Source: Candidatus Zixiibacteriota bacterium
Lineage (GTDB): Bacteria > Zixibacteria > MSB-5A5 > GN15 > JACZUZ01
DNA: 64,000 nt
Assembly (NCBI GenBank): GCA_024280775.1
Contig: JAJRPM010000015.1
Coordinates: forward strand, 4,599 to 68,598
Direction: 5' to 3'
Below are positions 11,546 to 21,803 of the stretch, piece after piece. The notes below the pieces were generated by a model. The model was not told where the DNA came from and made no database searches. It saw only the letters and a list, made by a program, of their open reading frames with translations. Positions within the stretch are counted from its first letter, which is position 1. Each line of letters begins with the position of its first letter. A program made the translations under genes and the position numbers.

Positions 11546-13576
11546 TTATGAGCCAGCTGAAGATGAACGCCCAGGTGTAGTCAGGTCAGAAACCAGCGTC
11601 TCAGTCTCAGCTGTCTTGTGAATTCTTGGCCGCTGGCCTTGTTTGCCAAATCCGAGCCGGTCAAGAATGCCTCGTTTGCCATTCGTTCTGGTAGTATGGC
11701 TGGAATCCTTTAGAGCTGTTATCATCTTCTGAGCCAGTGAATCGGAGTCAAGACCAATATCGCGCCACAATTCCTCGACTCCGCCATGCCAAATGAATTC
11801 ATCAGGAATACCGCAATTGATTACCTGCCCCGAATATCTCGATTCATGCATCATTCGTGAAATAGTCGAGCCAAATCCGCCTAGTAACGCATTCTCTTCA
11901 ATAGTCATTATAGCCGCATGAGAATCGGCCACCTGCTTCAGCGTTTCGGTATCCACAGGTTTGACGAAGCGCGCGTTTATCACAGTTATAGATTTGCCGG
12001 TTTCGGCCAGGACTTTGTTAGCGGCCGCCAAAGCGTTGATAACCATAGTGCCAACAGCCAAAATACACAGCTCGCTACCTTCGCGTAAGACTTCCCATTT
12101 ACCCCAAGCGATCGGCTCAAACCCGGGTTTGATTTCGGTCGGCACGCTACCTCGAGGATAGCGAATCGAAATTGGCCCGCCAATATCTTCTTCTATAGCG
12201 TAACGAAGCAAGGAGCGAAGTTCATTCCCATCTTTAGGAGCAGTGACGGTGAAATTCGGAGCGGTTTGCATATAGCTCAAGTCAAAGACCCCATGATGTG
12301 TCGGTCCATCGGCTCCGACAATTCCCGCTCTATCGAGACAGAGAATCGCCGGGAGATTTTGCAGGGCGATATCGTGCATGACCTGATCATAGCCGCGCTG
12401 TAAGAAAGATGAATACACAGCAAACAACGGACGCACACCTCCGGCGGCCAGACCGGCGGTGAAACAAACGCCATGCTCTTCGGCTATTCCTACATCATGG
12501 TAACGCTTCGGATACTTTTCGCCGAAAGGCAACACGCCAGAGCCAGTCGGCATAGCGGCGGTAATTACATTTAGATTCTTGTTCTTTTCACCAAGCTCTA
12601 CAATAGCATCGCCAAAAACCGAGGTATACGCCGGTAGAGATTTGGGCTTCGGGTGCATTTTGCCGGTCTTCAAATCAAAGGGAGTAACCGCGTAGAACTT
12701 GAGCGCATCTTCCTCTGCGCGCGGATAGCCTTTGCCTTTTTTGGTAAAGACATGTAGCACCTTCGGGCCGCTCATCTCGCGCAACTCTGTAAGAGTCTTG
12801 CGCAACAACGGAATGTCATTTCCGTCAATCGGCCCGAAGTAACGCAGTCCCAGATGCTCGAAAAGCGCCCCGGGTTGTACTAGGGTTTTGAATGATTTCT
12901 CAAGACGACGAACTGTTTCGCGTATACTTTCGCGACGTTTGAATTTACCTGTTAAATCCCAAACCTCCGAGCGGAGTTTGTTGAAACGCTCGTCGGTCAT
13001 AATTCCTGTCAGATATTTTGACAGGGCGCCAACAGTTCTTGAAATCGCCCAGCTATTATCATTGAGAATAATCAGCATATCTTTCTTGGCGCCACCGAGA
13101 TGATTCATGCCTTCGTAGCAAAGACCGCCTGTCATGGCTCCATCACCGACGACCGCCACAACTTTGTGATCCTCGCCGCGCGCATCACGAGCGCAGGCAA
13201 AACCCATTGCCGCCGAAATTGAAGTGGAAGCGTGTCCGGCGATGAAGGAGTCATACTCGGACTCTTCGCGGCGAGTGAAGCCTGAGAGTCCGTTCTTCTG
13301 ACGGATAGTGTTCATCCTATCGGCGCGACCAGTCAGAATCTTATGCGGATAGGATTGATGGCTGACATCCCAAATGAGCTTGTCGGTCGGGGTATCATAG
13401 ACCGCATGGATAGCCACAGCTAATTCCACTACGCCCAAATTGGAGGCAAAATGTCCACCGGATTCGGAAACTGATTCCAGCAATTTGACACGCACTTCAT
13501 CTGCGAGCTGGATTAACTGCTCATCGGTGAACGTCTTGAGTTCCGAGGTGGCTTTAAGGTCTTCTAGTAATGACAT
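11546..13576 (-). CDS. dxs: 1-deoxy-D-xylulose-5-phosphate synthase
   Basis: GGHFASNLG, HQSYPHK, GDGAMTGG..N, DVGIAEEH, DRAGIVGADGPTH. Confidence 0.97.
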   Translation of the reverse strand: MSLLEDLKATSELKTFTDEQLIQLADEVRVKLLESVSESGGHFASNLGVVELAVAIHAVYDTPTDKLIWDVSHQSYPHKILTGRADRMNTIRQKNGLSGFTRREESEYDSFIAGHASTSISAAMGFACARDARGEDHKVVAVVGDGAMTGGLCYEGMNHLGGAKKDMLIILNDNSWAISRTVGALSKYLTGIMTDERFNKLRSEVWDLTGKFKRRESIRETVRRLEKSFKTLVQPGALFEHLGLRYFGPIDGNDIPLLRKTLTELREMSGPKVLHVFTKKGKGYPRAEEDALKFYAVTPFDLKTGKMHPKPKSLPAYTSVFGDAIVELGEKNKNLNVITAAMPTGSGVLPFGEKYPKRYHDVGIAEEHGVCFTAGLAAGGVRPLFAVYSSFLQRGYDQVMHDIALQNLPAILCLDRAGIVGADGPTHHGVFDLSYMQTAPNFTVTAPKDGNELRSLLRYAIEEDIGGPISIRYPRGSVPTEIKPGFEPIAWGKWEVLREGSELCILAVGTMVINALAAANKVLAETGKSITVINARFVKPVDTETLKQVADSHAAIMTIEENALLGGFGSTISRMMHESRYSGQVINCGIPDEFIWHGGVEELWRDIGLDSDSLAQKMITALKDSSHTTRTNGKRGILDRLGFGKQGQRPRIHKTAETETLVSDLTTPGRSSSAGS

Positions 13577-13731
13577 ATATATTTTGCGTCGACGACCAAT
13601 GTCGTCTATTTCACTTATACTAAAGATGTGTACGATAGGTCAGAAATGGCAAATAAAAATATATTCGCCTGTGGGATGATAGTGTGATTTGTGCGTAGGG
13701 GCAAGTTTGCACATAGGACATTCGAAACACA

Positions 13732-14850
13732 TCAATCCCAAGAAATGCTGGCCCCGTCCCAATGCACTCTTTCAATTCTTGTGCCTGCAGCGAGCATTCG
13801 TGAATCTGGGACTACTAGATTACCGTTGCTATCCTCTTCTCGACAATCTAGAGCTGTTCGAAGAAAATCGTACGCCTCTAGGAATTCCCTTTCAAGTTCC
13901 TTCGCGTTCGGGTCAACTATAACCACTCTTCTGTCCTTGGAGCCTTCCAGCCAATGGACAATTAGATTGTTGACGCCCAAATCGCCAAATCCATAACCGA
14001 TCGAAAGTAGCTTTGAGCTTTCTCTAAGTGAATTCGCTAATAGCTGCAAGCCACTGAAGTATATCCCTTGGGTGTACTCGAAATACTTGTTTAGAGTACC
14101 CAAAAGCAGTTCCGGAGGGCCGTAACCTGGCACTTCTGCGTCTATCTTTCTAATAGCTTTGAAATAGTTTGGCCCAGAGGCCTTGCGCCAATCGATAGAA
14201 CCGTGCAGTTTTACCAACCAAGGAAGTTTTGAATCTTGGAACTGGCGTACATCCCACACGTACTCTCTTCCTTTCGTGAAGTTGAAACCGTCCACATAGT
14301 CTTGATCTATTTCCCTGAAGATTCGCTCCAACACTAGATCATGATTAGTTGTAAATACTCTTACCCCCGCCGGTGAGAGATCTCTCAACATTGCACAGAA
14401 GTGCTCGAGTGGTGAAACAGAGGTTATCCTGCGATTCAGATCTCCGTGAACAATGTCAAGAATCGACTCCATCATTACATGAAGAACTCCATCAGCACAA
14501 TCACCTCCGCATTTGTGCCCAAGCGTGCTCTCCAACTGAGCGTGAAACTCCTTTCTTGCGATACTTGCGTTTGCATCGTGTATGGGATCAGCGTATGCTC
14601 GACTTATCGTAGTAGAGTAATAGTAGATTTCTTCGTAGTTAGGCCGTTGCTTCAACTTCCACTCTCTAGGTAGCACAGTTGAGTAAATGGGCTCAAGAGT
14701 ATTGAGTATCGCTCGGAGAGCGTCTGAAGCATTGCCTTCCATGCTTCTAGTTCTTTGAGTAAGCTCATCTACACTCGGAAACTTGAGTGCCCTAGAGAAA
14801 CCCGATCCGATCAGCATTACCCCAGAGTCTTTGACCAGTATTTCAGGCAA
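13732..14850 (-). CDS. Stand-alone SIR2-like (SIR2_2-type) domain protein, candidate NADase
   Basis: LIGSGFS, VFTTNHD, VKLHGSIDW, IGYGFGD motifs; AGGAG RBS 7 nt before a TTG start. Confidence 0.85.
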   Translation of the reverse strand: MPEILVKDSGVMLIGSGFSRALKFPSVDELTQRTRSMEGNASDALRAILNTLEPIYSTVLPREWKLKQRPNYEEIYYYSTTISRAYADPIHDANASIARKEFHAQLESTLGHKCGGDCADGVLHVMMESILDIVHGDLNRRITSVSPLEHFCAMLRDLSPAGVRVFTTNHDLVLERIFREIDQDYVDGFNFTKGREYVWDVRQFQDSKLPWLVKLHGSIDWRKASGPNYFKAIRKIDAEVPGYGPPELLLGTLNKYFEYTQGIYFSGLQLLANSLRESSKLLSIGYGFGDLGVNNLIVHWLEGSKDRRVVIVDPNAKELEREFLEAYDFLRTALDCREEDSNGNLVVPDSRMLAAGTRIERVHWDGASISWD

Positions 14851-14876
14851 TGAATCTCTCCTATGAGTTTAGTTTC

Positions 14877-15776
14877 TCAACTCTCACGTTGCGCAATATA
14901 TCGCGCCAACTCAGTTAGACGCTGGGTTGGGAAGTCGCAGTTGCTTAGGGCGGCTATGGCTTCTTTGATTAGATTGTCTGCTATGCGGTGGGATTCGGGT
15001 AGGCCTACTGCGGCGGGGTAGGTGGCTTTGCTGTTTTTTTCGTCGGAGCCGATTTCTTTGCCGAGTTTGTCCTGGTCACCCTCGATATCGAGAATGTCAT
15101 CGACAATTTGGAACGCCAGGCCTAGCTTTTCACCGTACAATGTGAGCGCTTCCATGCAGGGAGCTTTGGCGCCAGCTAGAATCGCTCCGAATCTCAAGGA
15201 ACAACGGATTAATGCGGCGGTTTTTCGGGTGTGAATGAATTCGATTTCCCCGGCGGTTACCGGACGACCTTCGGCCTCCATGTCGGCAACCTGACCGCCT
15301 ATCATTCCATAAGAGCCGGTGGCAATTGCGAGTTCATGCACCAATTCGATCTTGCCACTGCGCGCAGTCCATTGGAACGCCAAATCATGCAGAGCATCGC
15401 CGGCAAGAACCGCGATTCCTTCGTCGAATTTCTTATGCACAGTCGGCAAACCACGACGCAAGTCATCATTGTCCATGCAAGGCAAATCATCATGAATCAG
15501 CGAGTAGGAGTGTAATAACTCAAGCGCGCAAATCGGCGGCAGAGCCATTTCGAAATCACTTCCGCCAAGCGCCTCATAGGCTGTCAGCGCCAAAATCGGA
15601 CGCACGCGTTTGGCCTTCGCCAGCGCTGAGTAGCGAATCGCCTCGTGAAGCTCCCGAGGATGTTCGGTTACTTTCGGAAGTAGGCGGTCGATTTCACCAT
15701 CTACTAGTTTGCGTTTTTCCGCGAGGTAATTCTGGAAGTCTGTCATTGGCTCAACCAACTCGGCGCTCTTATTCAT
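14877..15776 (-). CDS. ispA: Polyprenyl (farnesyl) diphosphate synthase
   Basis: YSLIHDDLPCMD.DDLRRG and FQIVDDILD motifs; xseB-ispA synteny. Confidence 0.93.
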   Translation of the reverse strand: MNKSAELVEPMTDFQNYLAEKRKLVDGEIDRLLPKVTEHPRELHEAIRYSALAKAKRVRPILALTAYEALGGSDFEMALPPICALELLHSYSLIHDDLPCMDNDDLRRGLPTVHKKFDEGIAVLAGDALHDLAFQWTARSGKIELVHELAIATGSYGMIGGQVADMEAEGRPVTAGEIEFIHTRKTAALIRCSLRFGAILAGAKAPCMEALTLYGEKLGLAFQIVDDILDIEGDQDKLGKEIGSDEKNSKATYPAAVGLPESHRIADNLIKEAIAALSNCDFPTQRLTELARYIAQRES

Positions 15777-15784
15777 TTTCGCTA

Positions 15785-16042
15785 CTACTCATTATCAATA
15801 AAATCTTTCTCAACCATCTCGCCGTTCTCTTCAACTAAGAGCTTGATTTTCTGCTCGGCCTCAGAGAGTTTTTCCCGGCAAAATTTCGCGTTTTTCATGC
15901 CCTCAGTGTAAAGAGCAATCGCATCATCGAGTGTAGGCTCTCCCTCTTCGAGCTCTTCACTAATTACTGTCAGACGAGCCAAAGACTCCTCAAAATTCTG
16001 ATTATTATCTGATTCGTTTGTTTTCTTTTTTGCTGTTGCCAT
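15785..16042 (-). CDS. xseB: Exodeoxyribonuclease VII small subunit
   Basis: FEESLARL..I...LE, LD.AI.LY.EG, L..AE.KI. Confidence 0.92.
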   Translation of the reverse strand: MATAKKKTNESDNNQNFEESLARLTVISEELEEGEPTLDDAIALYTEGMKNAKFCREKLSEAEQKIKLLVEENGEMVEKDFIDNE

Positions 16043-16069
16043 ATTTTTATTCCTTATCGAGGGAGGACG

Positions 16070-17323
16070 CTATTCGGAGGTCGAAATCACCTGCGTCACG
16101 GCCTTCCCCTTGTTAAGTATAATCTCAATTTCGTCGTCTTTGCGCAACTGCGCCGCCTCACGAATCACCACTCCTGGGCTAACTTTTTCAGCCTTCAGCG
16201 CCCGGGCCACAGAATATCCTCGCGCCAGAGTTTTCAGAGGCGAAAGTGAATCCAGCCTTTGGACAGCTAAGGCCAATGCGTTTTGTTTGTCTCTAAGGTT
16301 ATTGGTGGCCGCCAAGGCGAATCTGCGGCTTTGATGATCAAGCTCCTGTTCGCGACGCTGGACAATTTGATATGGGTCGGCAAAAACTCCCCGGCTTAGA
16401 AGATTTGACAGATCATCTCGCCCACTGGCTACCAGCCGTTGCAGTGATTCAGCCATCTCACTGGCGATATTCCGCACACCTTCCCGCGCTCGGTCTAGCT
16501 CCCAGGCTACCACCTCAGCGGCGGCGCTGGGAGTTGGGGCGCGAAAATCCGCCACAAAATCCGCCAGTGTCCAGTCGATTTCATGTCCCACTCCGGTAAC
16601 TACCGGCTTGACTGAGCGCTCGATGGCCCGCACAACAGTCTCGGTGTTGAAGCGCCAAAGGTCTTCCAGAGAGCCACCGCCTCTACCTGTGATAATCAAG
16701 TCAATATCTGCGCGTGTGTTGAAATAATCAATCCCGCGTTCAATCTCGAATTCCGCGCCCTGCCCTTGTACCGCGGCGGGATATATCACCAGCTTGATCA
16801 GAGGATTGCGACGAGTGAAAATATTTATCATATCGCGTACTGCCGCGCCGCTTGGCGAGGTGACAATTCCCACCGTAAATGAATACTGAGGCAGAGCCTG
16901 CTTGCGCTCGGGTGCGAAAACACCCTCGGCATTTAGCTTTTCATATAGTTGACGGAAAGCGATTTCCAACTCGCCTACACCCAGCGGTTCGACTCGACGG
17001 ATATTCAGTTGATACTGTCCACGCGGTTCATATAGCGCCAAAGAGCCATAGGCCCGGATTTTCATTCCGTCCTCAAGTTTGAATTTCAATGAGGCCGCAT
17101 TGCCTTTCCACACTACCGCGCTTAGTGTGGCGCCTGCGTCTTTGAGCGAAAGGTAATGATGGCCCGAGGGGCCGTAGAGTTTGTGGTTGGAAATTTCACC
17201 CTCCACAATCACCTGTGCGAAATTACCCTCTAATACCCCTTTAATACTGCGGGTGATTTCAGTGACTGAGAAGACTCGCACATCGGAGGGTTTGGATTGA
17301 CTACCAGCTTGTGAGTATTGCAT
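16070..17323 (-). CDS. xseA: Exodeoxyribonuclease VII large subunit
   Basis: GEISN, RGGGSLEDLW.FN, GVGHEID, PTPSAAAE, LSPL.TL.RGY. Confidence 0.96.
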   Translation of the reverse strand: MQYSQAGSQSKPSDVRVFSVTEITRSIKGVLEGNFAQVIVEGEISNHKLYGPSGHHYLSLKDAGATLSAVVWKGNAASLKFKLEDGMKIRAYGSLALYEPRGQYQLNIRRVEPLGVGELEIAFRQLYEKLNAEGVFAPERKQALPQYSFTVGIVTSPSGAAVRDMINIFTRRNPLIKLVIYPAAVQGQGAEFEIERGIDYFNTRADIDLIITGRGGGSLEDLWRFNTETVVRAIERSVKPVVTGVGHEIDWTLADFVADFRAPTPSAAAEVVAWELDRAREGVRNIASEMAESLQRLVASGRDDLSNLLSRGVFADPYQIVQRREQELDHQSRRFALAATNNLRDKQNALALAVQRLDSLSPLKTLARGYSVARALKAEKVSPGVVIREAAQLRKDDEIEIILNKGKAVTQVISTSE

Positions 17324-17406
17324 GAGGGTATAATACTGCCAATGAGCGAGTGCGGCAACTGATTCGGAAACTGTTTCTAGAGTGACTAGTCGGATTCTAT
17401 CGTCCT

Positions 17407-17458
17407 AATAAACAAAGAAGCGGACCAGTGGTAGATCGCTCTACAAATAGTCCGCTTC
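17407..17458 (-). terminator. Probable rho-independent terminator after uvrC
   Basis: GAAGCGGAC(17417-17425)/GTCCGCTTC(17450-17458) stem with inner GTAGA/TCTAC pairing, followed by TTTGTTTATT on the minus strand. Confidence 0.6.
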
Positions 17459-17475
17459 ACTCACAGGTAAAAGAT

Positions 17476-19347
17476 TCAGGAGGTTGCGAGGCTGGCCTTA
17501 ATCTGCTCGGCCAACGTAGTTGATACACCGGAGGTCTCGGCAAGTTCCATAATTGAGGCCTCGCCTATTTGTTTCACCGAGCCAAATTTCTTCAGCAACG
17601 CCGCGCGTTTCGCGGGGCCAATCCCCGGGATTTCATCCAGCTTTGAAGTGATTGTGCGCTTCTTACGAATAGCGAGATTATACTTAACTCCAAACCGATG
17701 CGCCTCGTCACGAACCTGTTTCAACAGCGCCAGCGCTGGCGCGGCTTTCGGAATAGTTATCGGTTCGGAATGATCGGGAAAATAGACCTCTTCAAGCCGT
17801 TTGGCTAATCCAATAATCAATTGGTTCTCAATCCCCAACGATTTCAATTCCTTTACGGCAGTGTTCAATTGTCCTTTACCGCCATCAACCACAACCAGGT
17901 CTGGGAATTCCTTCTTCTCTTCTTTCAAGCGGAAAAAATAGCGGCCGATAATCTCACGCATCATCGCAAAATCGTCCTGACCGGTTACACCCTTGATTTT
18001 GAACTTGCGATACTCACGTTTGAGCGGTTTGCCTTTGCGGAAATAGGACATTGAACCGACTGCGTCGGTCTCTCCGGTGTTGGATATATCAAAACAGCAA
18101 ATAGAATTTGGGGCTTTCTTCAATGATAATTCTTTCTGTAAAGACGACACCATCGGGGCGATCTTCTCTCGATAGCCGTGCTTTTGCACTAGAACTTCAC
18201 CAAGGAGCAATCTCGCATTCGATGCCGCCATCTCAACTAGACGGAGCTTCTCCCCTCTCTGCGGCGATGCGACTTTGACTTTTTTCCCGCGTTGTTCCGA
18301 GAGCCAATCAGCAATCAAAGACTCATCTGGCAGTGCGAACGGCAAATACACTTGCTCAGGCAAATTAGGCTGGTGATTGTAATACTGACTGAGGAATTCG
18401 CGTAGCACTTCCTCACTGGTCGCCAACTCACCCGGCTTGATGCGAATATCCTGACGACCAATCATAGCGCCTTCGCGGATTTGTAAGACAACCGCTACGG
18501 CTTCACGTTCACTTTCATCATAGGCCAGAGCGACAATGTCACGATCGACATTCTCACCGCTATCGACCTTTTGTCTCTCGGTTATGGTTTTGATTCCGGC
18601 GATTTGGTCGCGCAGTTCTGCGGCGCGCTCATACTCTGAAAGTTCAGCGGCTTCGCTCATCTTAGCTTCCAGATCACGCACAAGCTTATTGCCTTTACCC
18701 GATAGGAACAGCAACAACGCATCGACTGATTCCTGATAACTCTCAACTGACTGAAAATCCTCACAGGGACCACCACAACGCCCAATTCGATAATCGAGAC
18801 ATACTTTGTATTTGCGCCCCTTGGGATGCGGTATCACCAAATCGCAGGAACGAATTTTCAGCAATCGGCTAATGAATCTGATAGTCCGACGCATCGACAT
18901 CGCAGATGTATAGGGACCAAAATATTTTGCGCCATCATTATCAATTTTACGCACCACTACAATTCGGGGAAACGCCTCCTGCACTGTCACTTTGATATAG
19001 GGATAATGTTTGTCGTCTTTTAGCGCGATGTTGTAGCGTGGCTTGTGTTCCTTGACGAGATTCGCTTCAAGTATCAGCGCCTCCATCTCGTTGTCAGTGA
19101 CGATGATTTCGAGATCGGCGATTAGTGACATCAGGCGAGCAGTTTTTGTCTCACGGGAGCCTTTGCTTTGGAAATAGGTGCGTACCCGGTTCTTTAGTGA
19201 CTTGGCTTTACCAATGTAAATCACTTTGCCGGCTTTGTTCAGGAAGAGGTATACGCCCGGTCCGCCTGGAAGGTTTTTGAGCTTTTCCCTGACGAGCTTG
19301 TCCTGCGAAGAAGGCTTCTTAGATGTAGATTCGGAGGTGGATTCCAT
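17476..19347 (-). CDS. uvrC: Excinuclease ABC subunit C
   Basis: GIY-YIG (GVYLF..IYIGKAK), FDISN, VDGGKGQ, RDEAHRF, C-terminal HhH; start set at MESTSE to avoid overlap. Confidence 0.96.
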   Translation of the reverse strand: MESTSESTSKKPSSQDKLVREKLKNLPGGPGVYLFLNKAGKVIYIGKAKSLKNRVRTYFQSKGSRETKTARLMSLIADLEIIVTDNEMEALILEANLVKEHKPRYNIALKDDKHYPYIKVTVQEAFPRIVVVRKIDNDGAKYFGPYTSAMSMRRTIRFISRLLKIRSCDLVIPHPKGRKYKVCLDYRIGRCGGPCEDFQSVESYQESVDALLLFLSGKGNKLVRDLEAKMSEAAELSEYERAAELRDQIAGIKTITERQKVDSGENVDRDIVALAYDESEREAVAVVLQIREGAMIGRQDIRIKPGELATSEEVLREFLSQYYNHQPNLPEQVYLPFALPDESLIADWLSEQRGKKVKVASPQRGEKLRLVEMAASNARLLLGEVLVQKHGYREKIAPMVSSLQKELSLKKAPNSICCFDISNTGETDAVGSMSYFRKGKPLKREYRKFKIKGVTGQDDFAMMREIIGRYFFRLKEEKKEFPDLVVVDGGKGQLNTAVKELKSLGIENQLIIGLAKRLEEVYFPDHSEPITIPKAAPALALLKQVRDEAHRFGVKYNLAIRKKRTITSKLDEIPGIGPAKRAALLKKFGSVKQIGEASIMELAETSGVSTTLAEQIKASLATS

Positions 19348-19366
19348 TGAAGTAGGCGCCTTTTTC

Positions 19367-19981
19367 CTAGCGGCCTGTATGCTTGGAGCTCTTGGATTTT
19401 GATTCTTCGACGAATACGACTCTGCGGGCGCTATGGTAGTATTTGCGCCAGTAGGAAGCGCCGAGCTTGGCAATTACCACGCCACGACTCGAGGAAGCAT
19501 GAATAAAACGTTCATCACCAACATAGATACCGACATGCGATACAGTCTTACCGCCAATAGCAAAAAACACAAGATCGCCATAGCGCAAATGACTACGAGT
19601 GACAAGCTCACCTGCCCCAGCTTGGTCACGCGCCACTCGCGGTAGTCTTAGTCCGTTGTAGCGACGATAAACTTCTGACGTAAACCGACTGCAATCGAGC
19701 CCCTCCTGGTATTTTGAGGCTCCCTGATAGGGCGCGCCCAAATACTCCTGTAGCAATCTCCCGAATTTATCCTGCTCAGTTGTACTCCATGGCCCAATCG
19801 AATACGGTCCCGAAAGCGGGCTGGCTGGAGTTTGCTTGCGCATAACTTTTCTCTTGGGCTCTTCATTGCGTCCTGAATCGGAAACTCTACGACAAGAGAC
19901 AACACCAGTGAGCGCAAGCGCCAATACTGTCACTATTACAGTTGTACTAAATATCTTGTTCTCAGCTTTTTCCATATCCAT
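19367..19981 (-). CDS. NlpC/P60 family peptidoglycan hydrolase lipoprotein
   Basis: Lipobox VVSC; GAPY..G...LDCS; GDLVFF; HVGIY; FIHASSS. Confidence 0.9.
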   Translation of the reverse strand: MDMEKAENKIFSTTVIVTVLALALTGVVSCRRVSDSGRNEEPKRKVMRKQTPASPLSGPYSIGPWSTTEQDKFGRLLQEYLGAPYQGASKYQEGLDCSRFTSEVYRRYNGLRLPRVARDQAGAGELVTRSHLRYGDLVFFAIGGKTVSHVGIYVGDERFIHASSSRGVVIAKLGASYWRKYYHSARRVVFVEESKSKSSKHTGR

Positions 19982-20011
19982 TCTCTCATATCAAAAGCAT
20001 CTCATCACGAA

Positions 20012-20950
20012 TCAAGCAAGTTTCGGATAGACTATCCCAAAGCGCTTCTGGTAATAAAGGCGCGTAAGAGCCACCAGAGCAAGCAGAAAAACACCATACG
20101 CAGGATGCTGATAGGCCACAAACGCGCTTAAGACCAAAATAGGAGCTTTCGCGGCCAGAAGCATATGGCCCGACTTGCCAGTTAGAAGAGCTACAACTGA
20201 TAAGGCTGTCGCAAAAGCGGCAGTGACGTATAGGGCCATTGAATCCGCAAGGACTCCGAATAGTAATGAACCAAATAACAGCCCGACAGCTCCCTTGAGA
20301 GCCACTCGGGGGCCAAAGCGCACTGCTATGGTCTGCTTGTTCGTCTTAGCGTCACCGCTCATATCTGGAATCGTCGTAATCAAGTATATTCCCCCTAAGG
20401 CGCACACCAATGAGCTCAACGTTTGCGCGCTGGTAGGACTCATTAGCGCAAATGCCTCAATAGCCCCGCGCTCTTGGGCGACTAAAGCCCACCAAATAAT
20501 CACACTGTAGGGGATTGCATTAAGGACCAGACCTGCAAACGGCCTGTCCTTGCCGCGAAATAGCGGAGCTGAATACAATAATCCGACTATCACCGAAGCG
20601 CTAAAAGGCGCTAGTAATTCTATGTGATTGAAAGCGAAAACGTAAGAGCTCAATATGAGAGCCGCATACAAAGTCCAGGCAAAGCTCAGCTTCAACGAAA
20701 TCGGAGGTTCAAGAAAACCTAACTTATTATTTATGCTGTCGCTACGGCGGTCAAAAATCTGATTGATGACATAGCCCGAAGCAGTAAGACTACTTATCAG
20801 TGTCAAATTTAGCAATTGTTCAAATGTGAAAGGGGAGTTGGAATACTCAAAATCATACAGCAGTAGAAACACAGTCCATACAGGAATCAAAAGCAATGGG
20901 CGACAGAAGAAAATATATCGAGCGCTCGCATAACAAGATTTGTGTGCCAT
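20012..20950 (-). CDS. UbiA-superfamily membrane prenyltransferase
   Basis: NQIFDRRSDSINN (NxxxDxxxD) and IPDMSGD (DxxGD) motifs; multiple hydrophobic segments. Confidence 0.85.
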   Translation of the reverse strand: MAHKSCYASARYIFFCRPLLLIPVWTVFLLLYDFEYSNSPFTFEQLLNLTLISSLTASGYVINQIFDRRSDSINNKLGFLEPPISLKLSFAWTLYAALILSSYVFAFNHIELLAPFSASVIVGLLYSAPLFRGKDRPFAGLVLNAIPYSVIIWWALVAQERGAIEAFALMSPTSAQTLSSLVCALGGIYLITTIPDMSGDAKTNKQTIAVRFGPRVALKGAVGLLFGSLLFGVLADSMALYVTAAFATALSVVALLTGKSGHMLLAAKAPILVLSAFVAYQHPAYGVFLLALVALTRLYYQKRFGIVYPKLA

Positions 20951-20959
20951 TTTCCTGCG

Positions 20960-21799
20960 TCATTTGTTGAACATCAAAACCAAATACCCATAAAGCGCTG
21001 GCGCCGCGAAGGCAAGTGAATCAAATCTATCCAACACACCACCATGCCCCGGAATTATCGACGAGGAATCTTTCACTCCAACTGAGCGCTTCCAAAGTGA
21101 TTCCACCAAATCACCAAGTTGGCCGACCAGTGAAATCAAAAACGCAGCGCCTACAACTAGCAGAACAGAAGTATCGGGAAATACAGTAAGTTGCAATACA
21201 TAGCCAGTTATCCCCGCTGAAACAACCCCCCCCAGGAATCCCTCCACTGTTTTGTTAGGCGAAACTGTCGGGGCCAGTTTGTGTTTGCCCAGAGCCATCC
21301 CCACACCCATCGCGGCTGTATCACTAATCCAAATTATCGCCAGGAGCGCAATAATCCAGTGGAAACCATCAACCGCTGGAAACTCTCGCACGTGATACAT
21401 AAACGGATACAACATAGAAACTGAAAACACTCCCCAACCCAATTCACACAATTCACCGAATAGAGTCTCAGGTGTTTCCTTACCTAAGGCCTGCGCCATA
21501 CCCAGAAACAGAAGCGCAACAACCAGCGCAGTCAGCGCCACGGAGATTCCAAACCAAAGATGAAGCGCCGCTATTGCAACAGTAATCGCCCAGGCAAAAG
21601 CGCCAAGCGCAGAACCGACACCCTGACGAGCAGGAGATTTCCGTCTGCGGAAAACCACCCGAATATATTCATAAGCCCCAAGCGCCGTCACCAATAGCAG
21701 AAATCCTCTCAGCCAGTCGCCGCTTTGGTAACAAATCCAAACGACAGCCGGAATCCCTATCAGGGCGACTGTGATTCTCTGTAGGAGATTCTTGCTCAT
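20960..21799 (-). CDS. cdsA: Phosphatidate cytidylyltransferase
   Basis: SPNKTVEG, GDLVES..KR...VKDS...PGHGGVLDRFDS. Confidence 0.95.
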   Translation of the reverse strand: MSKNLLQRITVALIGIPAVVWICYQSGDWLRGFLLLVTALGAYEYIRVVFRRRKSPARQGVGSALGAFAWAITVAIAALHLWFGISVALTALVVALLFLGMAQALGKETPETLFGELCELGWGVFSVSMLYPFMYHVREFPAVDGFHWIIALLAIIWISDTAAMGVGMALGKHKLAPTVSPNKTVEGFLGGVVSAGITGYVLQLTVFPDTSVLLVVGAAFLISLVGQLGDLVESLWKRSVGVKDSSSIIPGHGGVLDRFDSLAFAAPALYGYLVLMFNK

Positions 21800-21803
21800 A
21801 GAG

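Noticed and set aside
13732-14850. SIR2 gene as Thoeris ThsA, DSR or Sir2-HerA
   Set aside because: No SLOG/Macro or long C-terminal sensor domain is recognisable and no partner gene is adjacent, so it was left unassigned.
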